From positions 1 through 64,000 of the IMG/VR virus record IMGVR_UViG_3300042858_000011: a DNA stretch of 64,000 nt; one strand, written 5' to 3'. Source of the DNA: a virus (Duplodnaviria; Caudoviricetes). A program made the position numbers and the translations under genes. Below, piece by piece: positions 1 to 10,595 of this stretch. Below the pieces are notes generated by a model, which made no database searches, had not been told where the DNA came from, and saw nothing but the letters and a program-made list of their open reading frames with translations. The stretch's first letter is position 1, and the number at the start of each line of letters is the position of its first letter.

Positions 1-2304
1 TTATGTTGCACAGCTTTCGCATTCCTCTATGTCTGTTATGGACTTACTCCTACAATAATACACAGTCTTTAGCCCAAGTTCCCAAGCCAAGGTGTAAAGC
101 CTTGAGAGGGTAGGACCGTCTATCCTTTCAGGGTCAATAAACAGGTTCAAGCTTTGGGCTTGGTCTATCCACTTTTGACGCTCCGCCGCAGCACGGATGA
201 TCCACTCTTGGTCTATGTTATAGGCGGATTTGTAGTGCCAGTAGTATTTATCCACCTCGGGCGGAACTTGAGGCAAAATGCCCGACATGTTTTCCTCTTT
301 GTAGAACTTGGCAAAGATCGGGTCTATGGAAGGAGTGGCACCTACTATCAAGGAAGTAGAACCAGTAGGCATGAGGGCAAGCAGATATGCATTTCTCATT
401 CCATTCATTTTAACCTCCTCTGCCAATCTTATCCAATCAAAGTTGTTTCCGTTTTCCTGAGAAAGCCTTTGGTTTTCTTCTGGCGTCCTTCCAAAGAATA
501 TGCCCTTACTCCAGTCGGACCCATCAAAAAGCGGATATTTGCCTCTTTCCTTGGCAAGTTCCATTGAACCCTTTATGGCATAATAAGCTATCCTTTCAAA
601 GAGGCTGCTGGCGAACCTCAGGTGCTGGTCTGACTCCCAAGGAATTCCGTTTTTCACAAGGCAGTAGTGGTAGTTGCTTACTCCTATGCCTATGGCTCTG
701 TAGCGTTTGTTGGTATATTCCGCTTCCTTTATGGCATAGTAGTTGATAGATATAACATTGTCAAGCATCCTGACCAATATTGGCACCACTCTCTCAAGGT
801 CTTCTTTTGTGTAGACTTTGCCAAGGTTGATAGAGCCAAGGTTGCATACAACCACATCTCCTGACTTCTTCTTATGGGTGATTATGCCTGTCTCTGGGTC
901 AAGGTGTTCTTCTATGTGTGTGGTCACGGACATATTTTGCACTATCTCGTGGCAAAGATTGGACGAGTAGATCATACCGCAATGCTTGTTAGGATTTAGT
1001 CTGTTGGTAGTGTCTCTGAAGAAGATGTAAGGCTCTCCTGTTTCAAATATCACTGTCAAGAGTCTCTTCCATAGCTCAAAGGCATCCACTTCTTTTTTGG
1101 TGTTTGGCGGAAGTTCTCTCTCAAGCCTTTCATAAAGCTCTTCAAACTCTTGACCGTAGAAGTCCTCCAGGTTTTTGCCGTCTTTTACATTCTTGCAGTA
1201 ATAGGGATCAAAGAGCGTCCACTTTTGTCTGTTTTTCAGTCTTTTCATAAACAGGTCTGGTATGGATATGGCAGGATGTATGTCGTGAGCCTTCTTTCTC
1301 TCATCTCCTACATTGGTTTTGACCTCCAGAAAGTCCAACACATCCTTATGCCATATGTCAAGAGTTATGGATGCGGAGCCTTTCCTCATGCCAAGCTGGT
1401 CCACATACACCATCACATCGTTGAGAATTTTAACCACAGGTAAAACACCAGAGCTTGCTCCTTTGAACTTCCTTATAGGAGAACCTGTAGCTCTAATTTT
1501 GCCAAGGTATATACCAAGACCTCCTGCAAACTTGGATATTTGTCCTGCCTTTTGCACGTTGTCAAAGATATCATAAAGGTCATCATCTACTGTTAAAACA
1601 AAACAAGAAGAAAGTTGACTATGTTGTCTTCTTGCATTCATAAGTGTAGGAGTTGCCAGAGAGATTTCATGGTTTGACATAAGGTCATAAAAGAGTTTTG
1701 CATATTTTAGCCTTTCCTCCTTCTTTTCAGGAATAGCCAAAGTCATAGCAATAAGCATATACATCTCTTGTGGAAGCTCTATAACATTTCCATTCTCATC
1801 CCTTACTAAATACCTATCGTAGAGTACTTTTATACCCGTATAGTTGAAAAGAAGGTCTCTGTCTGGATTTATGTAGCTGGCAAGAGTATCAAACTCTTCT
1901 TTGGAGTATTCCCTTAGCAAATACTCACCGTATATACCTCTGTCTGTGTAGGTCTTCACAAGAGTGTAAAAGCTTTCTGGATTGTAAGGCTTGTATTTAC
2001 CATTTATCTTGTCTTTTACCTTATAACCTCTTATATGTCCCACATCCTTATAAAGATCGTAAAGAAGAAGTCTTGCTGCCACATACTGCCAATCTGGATT
2101 TTGTGGAGATACCTTTTCCGCGGCAGTTCTGATAAGCAATTGCTGAATTTCCTTGGTGGTGATGCCATCTCTGAACTGTATCTGTGCGTCCATCTCGAGC
2201 TCAAGAGGGTCAACTCTAAGCCCATTGCAAGCAAAATTGACAATAGATCTGATTTTATTAATTGATAATGATTCTATATAACCAGTTCGTTTTATAACTC
2301 TCAT
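1..2304 (-). CDS. nrdA: Class Ia ribonucleotide reductase alpha subunit
   Basis: N-terminal ATP-cone (VIKRTG), [21 protein letters not shown] (radical Cys), [30 protein letters not shown] and C-terminal CESC. Confidence 0.97.
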   Translation of the reverse strand: MRVIKRTGYIESLSINKIRSIVNFACNGLRVDPLELEMDAQIQFRDGITTKEIQQLLIRTAAEKVSPQNPDWQYVAARLLLYDLYKDVGHIRGYKVKDKINGKYKPYNPESFYTLVKTYTDRGIYGEYLLREYSKEEFDTLASYINPDRDLLFNYTGIKVLYDRYLVRDENGNVIELPQEMYMLIAMTLAIPEKKEERLKYAKLFYDLMSNHEISLATPTLMNARRQHSQLSSCFVLTVDDDLYDIFDNVQKAGQISKFAGGLGIYLGKIRATGSPIRKFKGASSGVLPVVKILNDVMVYVDQLGMRKGSASITLDIWHKDVLDFLEVKTNVGDERKKAHDIHPAISIPDLFMKRLKNRQKWTLFDPYYCKNVKDGKNLEDFYGQEFEELYERLERELPPNTKKEVDAFELWKRLLTVIFETGEPYIFFRDTTNRLNPNKHCGMIYSSNLCHEIVQNMSVTTHIEEHLDPETGIITHKKKSGDVVVCNLGSINLGKVYTKEDLERVVPILVRMLDNVISINYYAIKEAEYTNKRYRAIGIGVSNYHYCLVKNGIPWESDQHLRFASSLFERIAYYAIKGSMELAKERGKYPLFDGSDWSKGIFFGRTPEENQRLSQENGNNFDWIRLAEEVKMNGMRNAYLLALMPTGSTSLIVGATPSIDPIFAKFYKEENMSGILPQVPPEVDKYYWHYKSAYNIDQEWIIRAAAERQKWIDQAQSLNLFIDPERIDGPTLSRLYTLAWELGLKTVYYCRSKSITDIEECESCAT

Positions 2305-2344
2305 TCTTAGTTTTGCTCAAAGCGTTCAGTAAGAACAAAAAAAG

Positions 2345-3283
2345 TTAAAGCTTTAAATTATAGCATTCTTTATATCCAATCATTTGTTCGATAGCTTCAG
2401 CAAATTCTCTTATCTCAAATTGAGCGTGTTTATGTTTACGTAACTTTATAAAATTGTCTATAGATATTCTTGGAGCTGTCCAGTAAAATCTTGTTTTCAT
2501 AAATTGTGGTAAAACACCACGAGCTATCTCTTTAGCAACATCTAATTCTCTTAATAAATTGTAAATAACTTTCATAGTTTTAACACTTATTTGCAATAAG
2601 CTAACTAGCAAAGTATTTTGTTCATTGTCTAGATAATTATCATCTGAAGCTTGCTTGTTGTTTTTTGATTGCAGTCTCAACTTTTCTGGAATATAGAAAT
2701 CCAAATCAACATCTGTATATCTTCTGCTGACTTCATTAAAAGAACCAAATCTGTGTCTGAACCATTGTCTTGCAACAAACAATGGGCATTCTACAATAAA
2801 TGTATAGTGATCTAAGCATGTTCCAAGTTCTAGTTTGTCCAATAATTTTATCCAACCACTACTTGTTGTTATGATTTGATTGTTTTGATCTTTATCTATT
2901 GTGTAATTATTTATATCACTTTTGTTTAAAACAAAGCTCATCGTAGTCGGTATTATTTGCTGGGCGTATTCAACTAACTTATAAGGCAATTGATCAATAA
3001 AATTAATTAGTGTGCGAGCATTAAGCCATATATAACCTCCATCATAATAGATGTTAACAACAGGATAAGATATTTTTGATATGAGATTTATATACTCTTT
3101 TTTATTTGCTTTGAATGCAAATATAACATGTTCAAAAGGAGAAGCGTGCTTATTATCAAGCAAATATTTTATCAATTTTTTATCTCTTTCAACATCAATA
3201 ACAGATGATAAATCTTTAGCAAATGATACTCTTGCAGCTTTAACAATACGTTGATCACTACCCATTGAAAATAGTTGACTCAT
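2345..3283 (-). CDS. thyX: Flavin-dependent thymidylate synthase with duplicated ThyX domain (Aquificae-type)
   Basis: AARVSF, HASPFEH, RQWFRHRFGSFNEVSRRY (RHRx7S), ARGVLP, HAQFEIR. Start moved to ATG 3283 (AGC motif at -15). Confidence 0.95.
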   Translation of the reverse strand: MSQLFSMGSDQRIVKAARVSFAKDLSSVIDVERDKKLIKYLLDNKHASPFEHVIFAFKANKKEYINLISKISYPVVNIYYDGGYIWLNARTLINFIDQLPYKLVEYAQQIIPTTMSFVLNKSDINNYTIDKDQNNQIITTSSGWIKLLDKLELGTCLDHYTFIVECPLFVARQWFRHRFGSFNEVSRRYTDVDLDFYIPEKLRLQSKNNKQASDDNYLDNEQNTLLVSLLQISVKTMKVIYNLLRELDVAKEIARGVLPQFMKTRFYWTAPRISIDNFIKLRKHKHAQFEIREFAEAIEQMIGYKECYNLKL

Positions 3284-3326
3284 TTGATCTTTTACGCTAA
3301 TAAAAAAGCTCAAAAAATAAAAACGT

Positions 3327-5012
3327 TTATATTTTCAACTGGCTTAATGTTAACAATATGTCTTTATCGTTTATTGTTCCTGCTATTTTAGCTAAATCCT
3401 CTAATAATTGTTCTTCTGTTTGATGAACATTCTGAGCAGCCTTTTGATAGATCAATAATTGACTGAATGCTGCTACTTCATTTACTGTTGTTTGTTCACT
3501 ATCCTGATTAATATTTTCTAGCATACTATCATTCTTTATTGCATACAAAGCAATACAGTAAGCCATTAATAAGTCATCATGTTCAAGTTCAGATACAATT
3601 TTTCCTTTTCTCTTTTTAAGTGATAGTATTTGTATGGCTAGGTTTTTGCTTTTGATTGCATCTGGATTTTGATTAACAACATCATATAAAATAGAGAACA
3701 TTTTCTCTTTACTTTTTTGTGTAGTGTAGACACCCGGTTTTTGATCATTTAGATTATCCACATAAATTTTCTCTGCGTATGTTTGCTGCAAAATCTCAAT
3801 AATATGTGAGCCTAGATTCCTCTCTATAACCAATTTACAGTTACGAAACTGTTTAGCTATTTCTGACAATATTCTCAAAACAAATGTTACGTCTATGTTG
3901 CTAGCTTGCCATTCAAATACTAAATCACCATTCTGTGGATCAACACCAACAATAGCATAGCTATCCTTACCATAAGCAGTAGCTATGTCAACTCCAATGT
4001 AAATTGTTTTTTGAAGCATATACAACTCTATATCACTATACACATTTAAAGCAGTTATAACTTCTCCAAAATCATCTTTCAAAAAGTATGTTTTTTGTTT
4101 AACATTATTGTTAATCCTAACTAATTTGTTCAAAACCTCATCATCATCAATGAAACTATCGCTATCAGGTAAGAACATACATTCATAGTTTATTAAAATC
4201 TGCCTGAGGTTTCTTGTTCTCTTATATTCCTCTTCAATGTGTTTGTTAGCTTGTTCGTCATCTAGTAAGTCTCTGTAGTAGAATAGTATAGGAGTATATG
4301 CTGTTAGACCTTGTGTGCTATCATACCATAATTTGAATGCAAATCTAGCTTCATCATTAATCAAAGCAGCAGCGTTAGACAATAATATTAATGATGTTGG
4401 AAATATATTGCGCATCATACTACGTGTAGCAGCCAATCTTGTTGTTGCTAATTCCAACATTCTCCAATTACTCTTAATGTTAGCAAACTCATCTATAATC
4501 AATATTTGAACAGTTAATTGTTTGAATAGATAGCTTGGATCTTTGTAGTGTTTATTGATACCACTAACTCTGAAAACTGAATTATTCTCAAATAATATAA
4601 CTTTGTTTTGAAATGGTTGTCTTTTGTACTCAACCTTTATAGCGGGAAACATATTATCGATGATACGCAAGACTCTGTTCTGGAAGTCCATAGCCAATTC
4701 ATCTTTTAACGATAGGTAGTAGACTTGTATTCCTGGATATGCAATTAAAACATATGCTGTTAGTAAAGCAGCAGCTGTAGTTTTGCCAGCTATCTGAGTT
4801 GAACCTAGTGCATATATATCATTAGATTGTAGTGCATTAGTTATTAACAATTTTTGAGGAACGTTTAATGTTATACGAACTTTTTTGTTATCATCTGTTG
4901 GAGCAGGCATTAAAAACAAATTCTCTATAGTCTCAATAGGATGCTGCTTAATATATTGTAACAACAAATCTTTGTTTTGTATGTAGTTTTTTAATCCATC
5001 TATAAAATTCAT
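3327..5012 (-). CDS. Terminase large subunit (T4 gp17-like)
   Basis: Walker A-like STQIAGKTT, Walker B LIIDEFA, YECMF, RNase H-like nuclease IGVDIA..GKDSY, VIERN, HDDLLMAYCIA. Confidence 0.9.
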   Translation of the reverse strand: MNFIDGLKNYIQNKDLLLQYIKQHPIETIENLFLMPAPTDDNKKVRITLNVPQKLLITNALQSNDIYALGSTQIAGKTTAAALLTAYVLIAYPGIQVYYLSLKDELAMDFQNRVLRIIDNMFPAIKVEYKRQPFQNKVILFENNSVFRVSGINKHYKDPSYLFKQLTVQILIIDEFANIKSNWRMLELATTRLAATRSMMRNIFPTSLILLSNAAALINDEARFAFKLWYDSTQGLTAYTPILFYYRDLLDDEQANKHIEEEYKRTRNLRQILINYECMFLPDSDSFIDDDEVLNKLVRINNNVKQKTYFLKDDFGEVITALNVYSDIELYMLQKTIYIGVDIATAYGKDSYAIVGVDPQNGDLVFEWQASNIDVTFVLRILSEIAKQFRNCKLVIERNLGSHIIEILQQTYAEKIYVDNLNDQKPGVYTTQKSKEKMFSILYDVVNQNPDAIKSKNLAIQILSLKKRKGKIVSELEHDDLLMAYCIALYAIKNDSMLENINQDSEQTTVNEVAAFSQLLIYQKAAQNVHQTEEQLLEDLAKIAGTINDKDILLTLSQLKI

Positions 5013-5061
5013 CAATTATGTGTGCTATAACATATTTTCCTTACTTCAAGCTGCTGTAAAA

Positions 5062-6762
5062 ATGCAACCTAGCAATAAGGATTTTGAAAAGCTATCCAAT
5101 GTTGAAAGATTGCTTAAAGGTTTAGTTCAAAATAAGTTAGAACAACAAGATGCTGGTATATCAGAAAGATTGTTAAGAGTTTTAGAAGAAATAGCTCCTA
5201 CTCTGAAATCTGATTTGAGCAATATATTAAGAAGCACAAATCAAACAAGCATAACAATTGAAACACTATATGGAAATCCTATATTGCAAAGAATATTTGA
5301 AATATATATGACCAATTTAGCACCTCAACTATATAATGGCGATAGATATATCATAACTCTTGATATGGAAATAGACAAAGATATAGTATTTAACTTAGCA
5401 AAATCACTAGACTTAAACAATATAATCTATGAAGTACTATCTACACTTATAGTAGATGGAAAGTGTTATGTTTGGCTAGTTAACTACAGTAACATTGAGA
5501 AACTACTAAATGTAAACAAAGAAAGTTATGTTTATATAGAGAATACACAAGATTATGATTTTGCTTTCATGCAATTGCGAAATCTACAGAATAGTAACAA
5601 AAAAAACGAAAACATTAAAGTCACAATAAGCAATAATAAGTTTCACAGACACACAATGCTATATAAAGCACATATTGTTAACAAAACAAGAGTTAAAGCT
5701 CTTACTTTAGGTAAATTAACAATTGCTTATCTTGTTGTGGGTAATCCATTTACTCAAGATTTGCATACACCTATTAACAGAGAACAAAATAATCCAGAAA
5801 GAGAGCAATTACTAAGGAATATAACAAATGCTCTTGCGAATGCTATATTTGAAGGCAATGAAGAAATGCTAAAGAAAATTAAACAAGATTTAGCAGATCA
5901 TTTTAGTGAGAACATCTTTTTAGTTCCTGTAAATAAGATTGTTGAGTTTAGTTTTCCTAAACCTTATGATGAAGGTTTAATAAAAGACATTATTAGTCTG
6001 AGTAACTTGTATAATTTGTTGATACAGAAGATAGCTACAGACATTGTCAACGAAAGAAAGGTATTAAATGTTACTGTGGAAGTTTCTAATCTATCTAATG
6101 CTCATGTATCACATTATCTGCAGCAAGCACTCACAATGTTTAAAAGCGAATTAATTCCAGTTAATGATATTATACCAGCTCAGACATTTCCCAAATTCTT
6201 AACACCATACAACATACTTATCATACCAACAAAGAATGGACAAAAATATTTTAACATTGAAGGTTTTACACCTATAGGAGAATATAATCCAAACTTACAA
6301 TCTTTATCCGATATGCTACAAAGTATTATAGGTAAGGTAGCTGGCTTACCAGCTTCACATCTAATACAAGAAACAGAAACGGCTCTATTAGGAATAGTGT
6401 CTAGCTACTTTCTAGAGAAAATAATAATGTTACAAGAACCAATTAATCAAGCACTAACAAAACTTATGTTGTATTACATGTATTTGCTAGATAAAGATCT
6501 TTACTATATGTATGCAGAACTACTTAAAATTGAATTAACGAAACCTGTAAATCTGATATTTAACACACTGTCTGAGATATTTTCATCTCTATCTACAATG
6601 CAGTCTATACAATTGCAAAAGAATGTTAATTTTGATAATCTCATAAAGCAAATACTCGGAGAAAAGTTTTATGAGATGTTAACAAAAGAAAACATAAACC
6701 TTAATACAAATAATACTGAAGCAAACGAAACTTTTACAACTGAAGAATTTCCTTATCCCTAA
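5062..6762 (+). CDS. Probable portal protein
   Basis: Divergent from terL, about 570 aa, LIVDGKCY and IIPTKNG..IE...GLPASHL segments resemble T4 gp20-like portals. Start at ATG 5062 (AGC at -13). Confidence 0.6.
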   Translation: MQPSNKDFEKLSNVERLLKGLVQNKLEQQDAGISERLLRVLEEIAPTLKSDLSNILRSTNQTSITIETLYGNPILQRIFEIYMTNLAPQLYNGDRYIITLDMEIDKDIVFNLAKSLDLNNIIYEVLSTLIVDGKCYVWLVNYSNIEKLLNVNKESYVYIENTQDYDFAFMQLRNLQNSNKKNENIKVTISNNKFHRHTMLYKAHIVNKTRVKALTLGKLTIAYLVVGNPFTQDLHTPINREQNNPEREQLLRNITNALANAIFEGNEEMLKKIKQDLADHFSENIFLVPVNKIVEFSFPKPYDEGLIKDIISLSNLYNLLIQKIATDIVNERKVLNVTVEVSNLSNAHVSHYLQQALTMFKSELIPVNDIIPAQTFPKFLTPYNILIIPTKNGQKYFNIEGFTPIGEYNPNLQSLSDMLQSIIGKVAGLPASHLIQETETALLGIVSSYFLEKIIMLQEPINQALTKLMLYYMYLLDKDLYYMYAELLKIELTKPVNLIFNTLSEIFSSLSTMQSIQLQKNVNFDNLIKQILGEKFYEMLTKENINLNTNNTEANETFTTEEFPYP

Positions 6763-6780
6763 TTATTTTTTTGCAAAAAA

Positions 6781-7350
6781 TTATGGATACAAATCAGCTG
6801 TCAGTGGAATATTAACAGATGCATTATATATAGTTGTAGAAGTGTCTATATCTAGTGCTAGTATAGGTATTCTACAATTTGGAGTAGTACTTAAGTCAAA
6901 TCTTTTACTTTCAGATCTAGTAGATAGAACCCATTCCATGTTTGTTGATTTGATACCATCATTACATCCTATTATATTTGTTTGTACACAGAGATAAGTT
7001 GTAAATAGATTTGTTGTTATATTGTTTACTGTTTTGTAACTATCTATCTCACTTTGTGTTATTGTAATTGCTTTTGGTTTAGGTATTATTAGTCCAAAAC
7101 TTTCACATTGAGCTAGCCCAGGTTGTATTGTAACAACAATATCATTTGGAGAAGATACCACAATTGCAGGTAGAAATCCCTTCAATGGTCCTATGAAGTC
7201 AAAACGACCTGTAATAGCAAAACCTGGAAAGAGATACTTTATTCTATCAGGTGTGTATTTATAAATGTCATCAAAGACAAATAAATAATCTTCATTATTC
7301 ATTAATTGATCTAGTGTTCTTATATCCTGTTGAACAATTGCTACAGGCAT
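6781..7350 (-). CDS. Hypothetical protein, possible virion/baseplate protein
   Basis: 189-aa ORF, AGC-class upstream motif, VTIQPGLA motif typical of tail/baseplate proteins. Confidence 0.4.
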   Translation of the reverse strand: MPVAIVQQDIRTLDQLMNNEDYLFVFDDIYKYTPDRIKYLFPGFAITGRFDFIGPLKGFLPAIVVSSPNDIVVTIQPGLAQCESFGLIIPKPKAITITQSEIDSYKTVNNITTNLFTTYLCVQTNIIGCNDGIKSTNMEWVLSTRSESKRFDLSTTPNCRIPILALDIDTSTTIYNASVNIPLTADLYP

Positions 7351-7384
7351 ATCAAATTTTTGTGCTTACAATAAACAAAAAATT

Positions 7385-8146
7385 TTATCCTATGAATTCT
7401 TTCTCCTTAAAATCCTGTAAAATATGTAGTCTTGGACTGAATATCAAATTATGTTTTGTGCAGAATAATAGTGTCTCATAACTATTGTTTAATTGTTTTT
7501 CTCTCGTTGCTCCTTCTGGCATAACAAATATGCCAACAGCTTTATTTCTTACTTTTTCTGCCAATGTCAATATAAATTCCTGGGTTTGTAAACTTTCATA
7601 AACAAATTTAAGAGAAAAGCTTATGTTGTTTACATTCATATTGTTTAACTGATCTACGAGTTTTGGATACGTATCTACATATTTATGTTGATATCTCATT
7701 TCTTTTGGTGATATGCTAAAATGAAATTTTATGTTATTACAATAAACAAAGTCATCTATTATAGGGTTTGTTCCATTTGTTTCTATTATGACAAAATCTT
7801 TTCCACTATATTCATTCCATAGTTTTGATACTTCAATTATAAATGCTTGTCTATCTTCTGTCATTAAAGGTTCTCCACCAGTAAACATAAGCAAATAATC
7901 ATTTAGCTCATAACTAACATTCTGAACAGAATCAACTATATGGTTTGTTAATATGTAGTTTATCAGTTCCTCAGGACTAAAATCTTTACCTGGATTTGAC
8001 CAATTCTCATAGCTATCACAGAATTTACATCTTAGATTACAACTAGCAAATCTGATTAACAATACAGGTAATCCTATATATGCTCCTTCTCCTTGCAATG
8101 TCTTGAAAATTTGATAAATACGCTGTTTATTAACTTTGGTTGTCAT
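7385..8146 (-). CDS. queE: 7-carboxy-7-deazaguanine synthase (radical SAM)
   Basis: IFKTLQGEG, RFASCNLRCKFCDS (CxxxCxxC), FTGGEPL, IETNGT, SISPK, SPRLH. Confidence 0.95.
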   Translation of the reverse strand: MTTKVNKQRIYQIFKTLQGEGAYIGLPVLLIRFASCNLRCKFCDSYENWSNPGKDFSPEELINYILTNHIVDSVQNVSYELNDYLLMFTGGEPLMTEDRQAFIIEVSKLWNEYSGKDFVIIETNGTNPIIDDFVYCNNIKFHFSISPKEMRYQHKYVDTYPKLVDQLNNMNVNNISFSLKFVYESLQTQEFILTLAEKVRNKAVGIFVMPEGATREKQLNNSYETLLFCTKHNLIFSPRLHILQDFKEKEFIG

Positions 8147-8265
8147 GCTAATAAATTTAGGTATATTGTAGCAAAAAACTAATCTAAGTGGTATTTATAG
8201 GCTTTTTTGATTATTTTTGTGTCCTACATATTTAGTTGCTATTCTACCCTGAAGATAAATACCCG

Positions 8266-8835
8266 TCAATCTTTTCGCAATTCATCTCCACTTTTGTAGA
8301 GGATGGAGACATCAAGCATACAGGTTAAACTTATAGTCTTGTACTCTTTATCAAGTTGATCTTTAGCTGATTTTCCGTTTGCTGTAACTAGCAAAGGTTC
8401 GTTACGTGTAAAACCTTTAATGATAGCTCTGTTTTCCAAAACAATGGGAGCATTTGACCAATTGTAAACTGGGATCGGATTTCTTTTCTCTATCTTCAAT
8501 ACCTGAGATAAAGTGAGCATACCAATACTTTGATAGAGATTAATTTTAGCCCAGAAATTTTTGTTGTTAAGTAGGTTATGATGTAGTTGTTCAAATGTTA
8601 GTGAAGCTATACCATGTGGAACATGTATTGTAATTCGTGTATCAGCAACACCTGTTATTAAACAACTATCTTTATTGTTTGCTTCAAAGACTAACAGATA
8701 TAATTCATTAACAAATTTTACTTCTATATCAGATAACTCTTTTGTAATATAATTTCCATTTACAATAAATATTTTTTTGTCAAAATTCCAATATTTTCGT
8801 ATGTTTTTCTGTATTTGTTCTCGCAATATCTGCAT
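8266..8835 (-). CDS. Hypothetical protein
   Basis: Long ORF; ATG 8835 has AGC at -13. Confidence 0.55.
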   Translation of the reverse strand: MQILREQIQKNIRKYWNFDKKIFIVNGNYITKELSDIEVKFVNELYLLVFEANNKDSCLITGVADTRITIHVPHGIASLTFEQLHHNLLNNKNFWAKINLYQSIGMLTLSQVLKIEKRNPIPVYNWSNAPIVLENRAIIKGFTRNEPLLVTANGKSAKDQLDKEYKTISLTCMLDVSILYKSGDELRKD

Positions 8836-8883
8836 ATTCTTAGTTGCTGTTAGTTGCTTTATATAATATCTAGACAAAAAATT

Positions 8884-9102
8884 TTAGAATACAAAAGGAT
8901 GATTAATTTTTTGTTTAGATTGACTAGATAATTTATGTTCTAATTCTTTTTGTTTCTCTATAATTTTAGTTGCTTGAACATGAAATATAATCATAAAACT
9001 AGCGGGTAAATTAAAAATATCTAAATCTTTAATTTCCAAAACCAGAGCATTGCTCAAAAATGTTATTGGACTTAATTTTACTGTATGAAGATGTTGAAAA
9101 AA
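8884..9102 (-). CDS. -1 frameshift extension (about 70 aa) of the gp26-like chaperone
   Basis: Slippery T TTT TTC at 9102-9096 in the correct phase; the -1 frame stays open to TAA at 8886-8884. Confidence 0.65.
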   Translation of the reverse strand, partial: FFQHLHTVKLSPITFLSNALVLEIKDLDIFNLPASFMIIFHVQATKIIEKQKELEHKLSSQSKQKINHPFVF

Positions 9103-9962
9103 TGTTGTATAGGTTCAAATGTAATCTCATTTTGATTTCCACATTCCTGACACGTAAACATATACTTTAAATTAATTCTTTCCTGACGATAAGGTTCAAT
9201 AGCTTTGTTGAGTTTTCTTGTTATGATTTTGACTAGACTTTCAGGTAAATCTCTTAATACAGATACGTTTCCACTTGTAGCATTATACATTAGTTTAATT
9301 TTCTCCTGAGGTCCAGTTTCAAATATATATAGACTGTGAACATACTCAAAATTTGTAAAGGGAGCATTTATTACATCCTCAATATTTATACAAGCCAATG
9401 GGAAACCAACTCTTATTCTAATATCTAGATTTTCCACATTTATATTTATATCTGTTGGTTCAAGACTCTTTTCTGGTAATTCAAAAATCAGTGGATAGAT
9501 AGGTTTCTCTATCTCAAATTGCTCTCTTAGGTTTTTTATATGTTCAAGTATGTCAATATTGGGATCGTTGAATAAATTCAAATCATATGTGAGCACAAAA
9601 TTATTTTCACTGTTGCATTTGGAACAATATTCCTTCACTTCAATAACAGTTAATGTTGCTAGCAACTCAATTATCGGTAGTATGAGATAATGTTTTTCTT
9701 CTAGTGTGATTTTTTGACTAACTTGATCATACTCTTCTACACAATTCTCAACATAATTATCTATGATTTTATACAGGAACTTTATTCTCTCTAGACTTTT
9801 TTCTTCCTTATCTACATTACCAGCTGTTTGCAATGCTAAAAGATTGTTCATAATATTTATTCTTTGTTTTGCTAGTGGTTCTTTTACTGTTACGTATTGA
9901 TTACTTTGAGGTAGATAAACTCTGATTCTCTTGCGAAGCTCTTCAAACTTACTCTTTTGCAT
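9078..9962 (-). CDS. T4 gp26-like baseplate hub / tail assembly chaperone with two CxxC motifs
   Basis: CSKC and CQEC motifs, C-terminal EPIQHFF, AGC at -13 of ATG 9962. Confidence 0.6.
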   Translation of the reverse strand: MQKSKFEELRKRIRVYLPQSNQYVTVKEPLAKQRINIMNNLLALQTAGNVDKEEKSLERIKFLYKIIDNYVENCVEEYDQVSQKITLEEKHYLILPIIELLATLTVIEVKEYCSKCNSENNFVLTYDLNLFNDPNIDILEHIKNLREQFEIEKPIYPLIFELPEKSLEPTDININVENLDIRIRVGFPLACINIEDVINAPFTNFEYVHSLYIFETGPQEKIKLMYNATSGNVSVLRDLPESLVKIITRKLNKAIEPYRQERINLKYMFTCQECGNQNEITFEPIQHFFNIFIQ

Positions 9963-10007
9963 GTTTGGTATTGCTTTGTATTGTATAAAAAATAGCAAAT
10001 ATTTATT

Positions 10008-10049
10008 ATGAAGGACAAGAAGAAGAAGAAGAAAGGCGGAAAAAAGTAA
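10008..10049 (+). CDS. 13-aa lysine-rich micropeptide MKDKKKKKKGGKK
   Basis: ATG...TAA ORF filling an intergenic gap, with AGC motif at exactly -14. Confidence 0.5.
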   Translation: MKDKKKKKKGGKK

Positions 10050-10055
10050 TCAATG

Positions 10056-10550
10056 CTATATAACCATAATAGTTCTATGACTAATCAATTTTGATAGTAT
10101 AACCTCGTATCTTGTAATGCGAATATGATAATTTTTATTCAATGTTGTAATATAGTCTTTAATTTTTTGTTCACTACACAAAACAATTATTGAATCTGTG
10201 GTCATATCTTTAATCTCCGTTTGATCAAAATAATCTACTCTCAATATTCTTTTGTTTATTTCTGCTATATAGTTTGTTTTGAATTTTTTGTGAAATTCTA
10301 TCATCAGTGATTTCTTATCTCTGCTAGACGTGATACCAAAATCACTACTCAAAATGTCATTGTATTGATCTGATTTAATGAAGTCAACTAACCTATCAAA
10401 CTTTCTAACATTTGCTGATAAATATCTCATAGTTTGAAAGAAGCCATCAATTAAATCTATCTCAAATAGGTAGGGATCTTTAAATACATACACGGATGGT
10501 AAAATACCATTATCGCGGAATATATGTTTAATCAATGTATCTGATAGCAT
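10056..10550 (-). CDS. Hypothetical protein
   Basis: 164-aa ORF, CTAAACTT at -14. Confidence 0.6.
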   Translation of the reverse strand: MLSDTLIKHIFRDNGILPSVYVFKDPYLFEIDLIDGFFQTMRYLSANVRKFDRLVDFIKSDQYNDILSSDFGITSSRDKKSLMIEFHKKFKTNYIAEINKRILRVDYFDQTEIKDMTTDSIIVLCSEQKIKDYITTLNKNYHIRITRYEVILSKLISHRTIMVI

Positions 10551-10595
10551 ATAACTAAGTTTAGATATGTTGTATTTTAAAGCTAAAATTTAACC

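Noticed and set aside
154-2265. Short overlapping ORFs in nrdA (and similar shadows inside tnpB, the acidic protein, capsid and beta-prime genes)
   Set aside because: Antisense or alternate-frame shadows of well-supported genes, with no motifs or start signals
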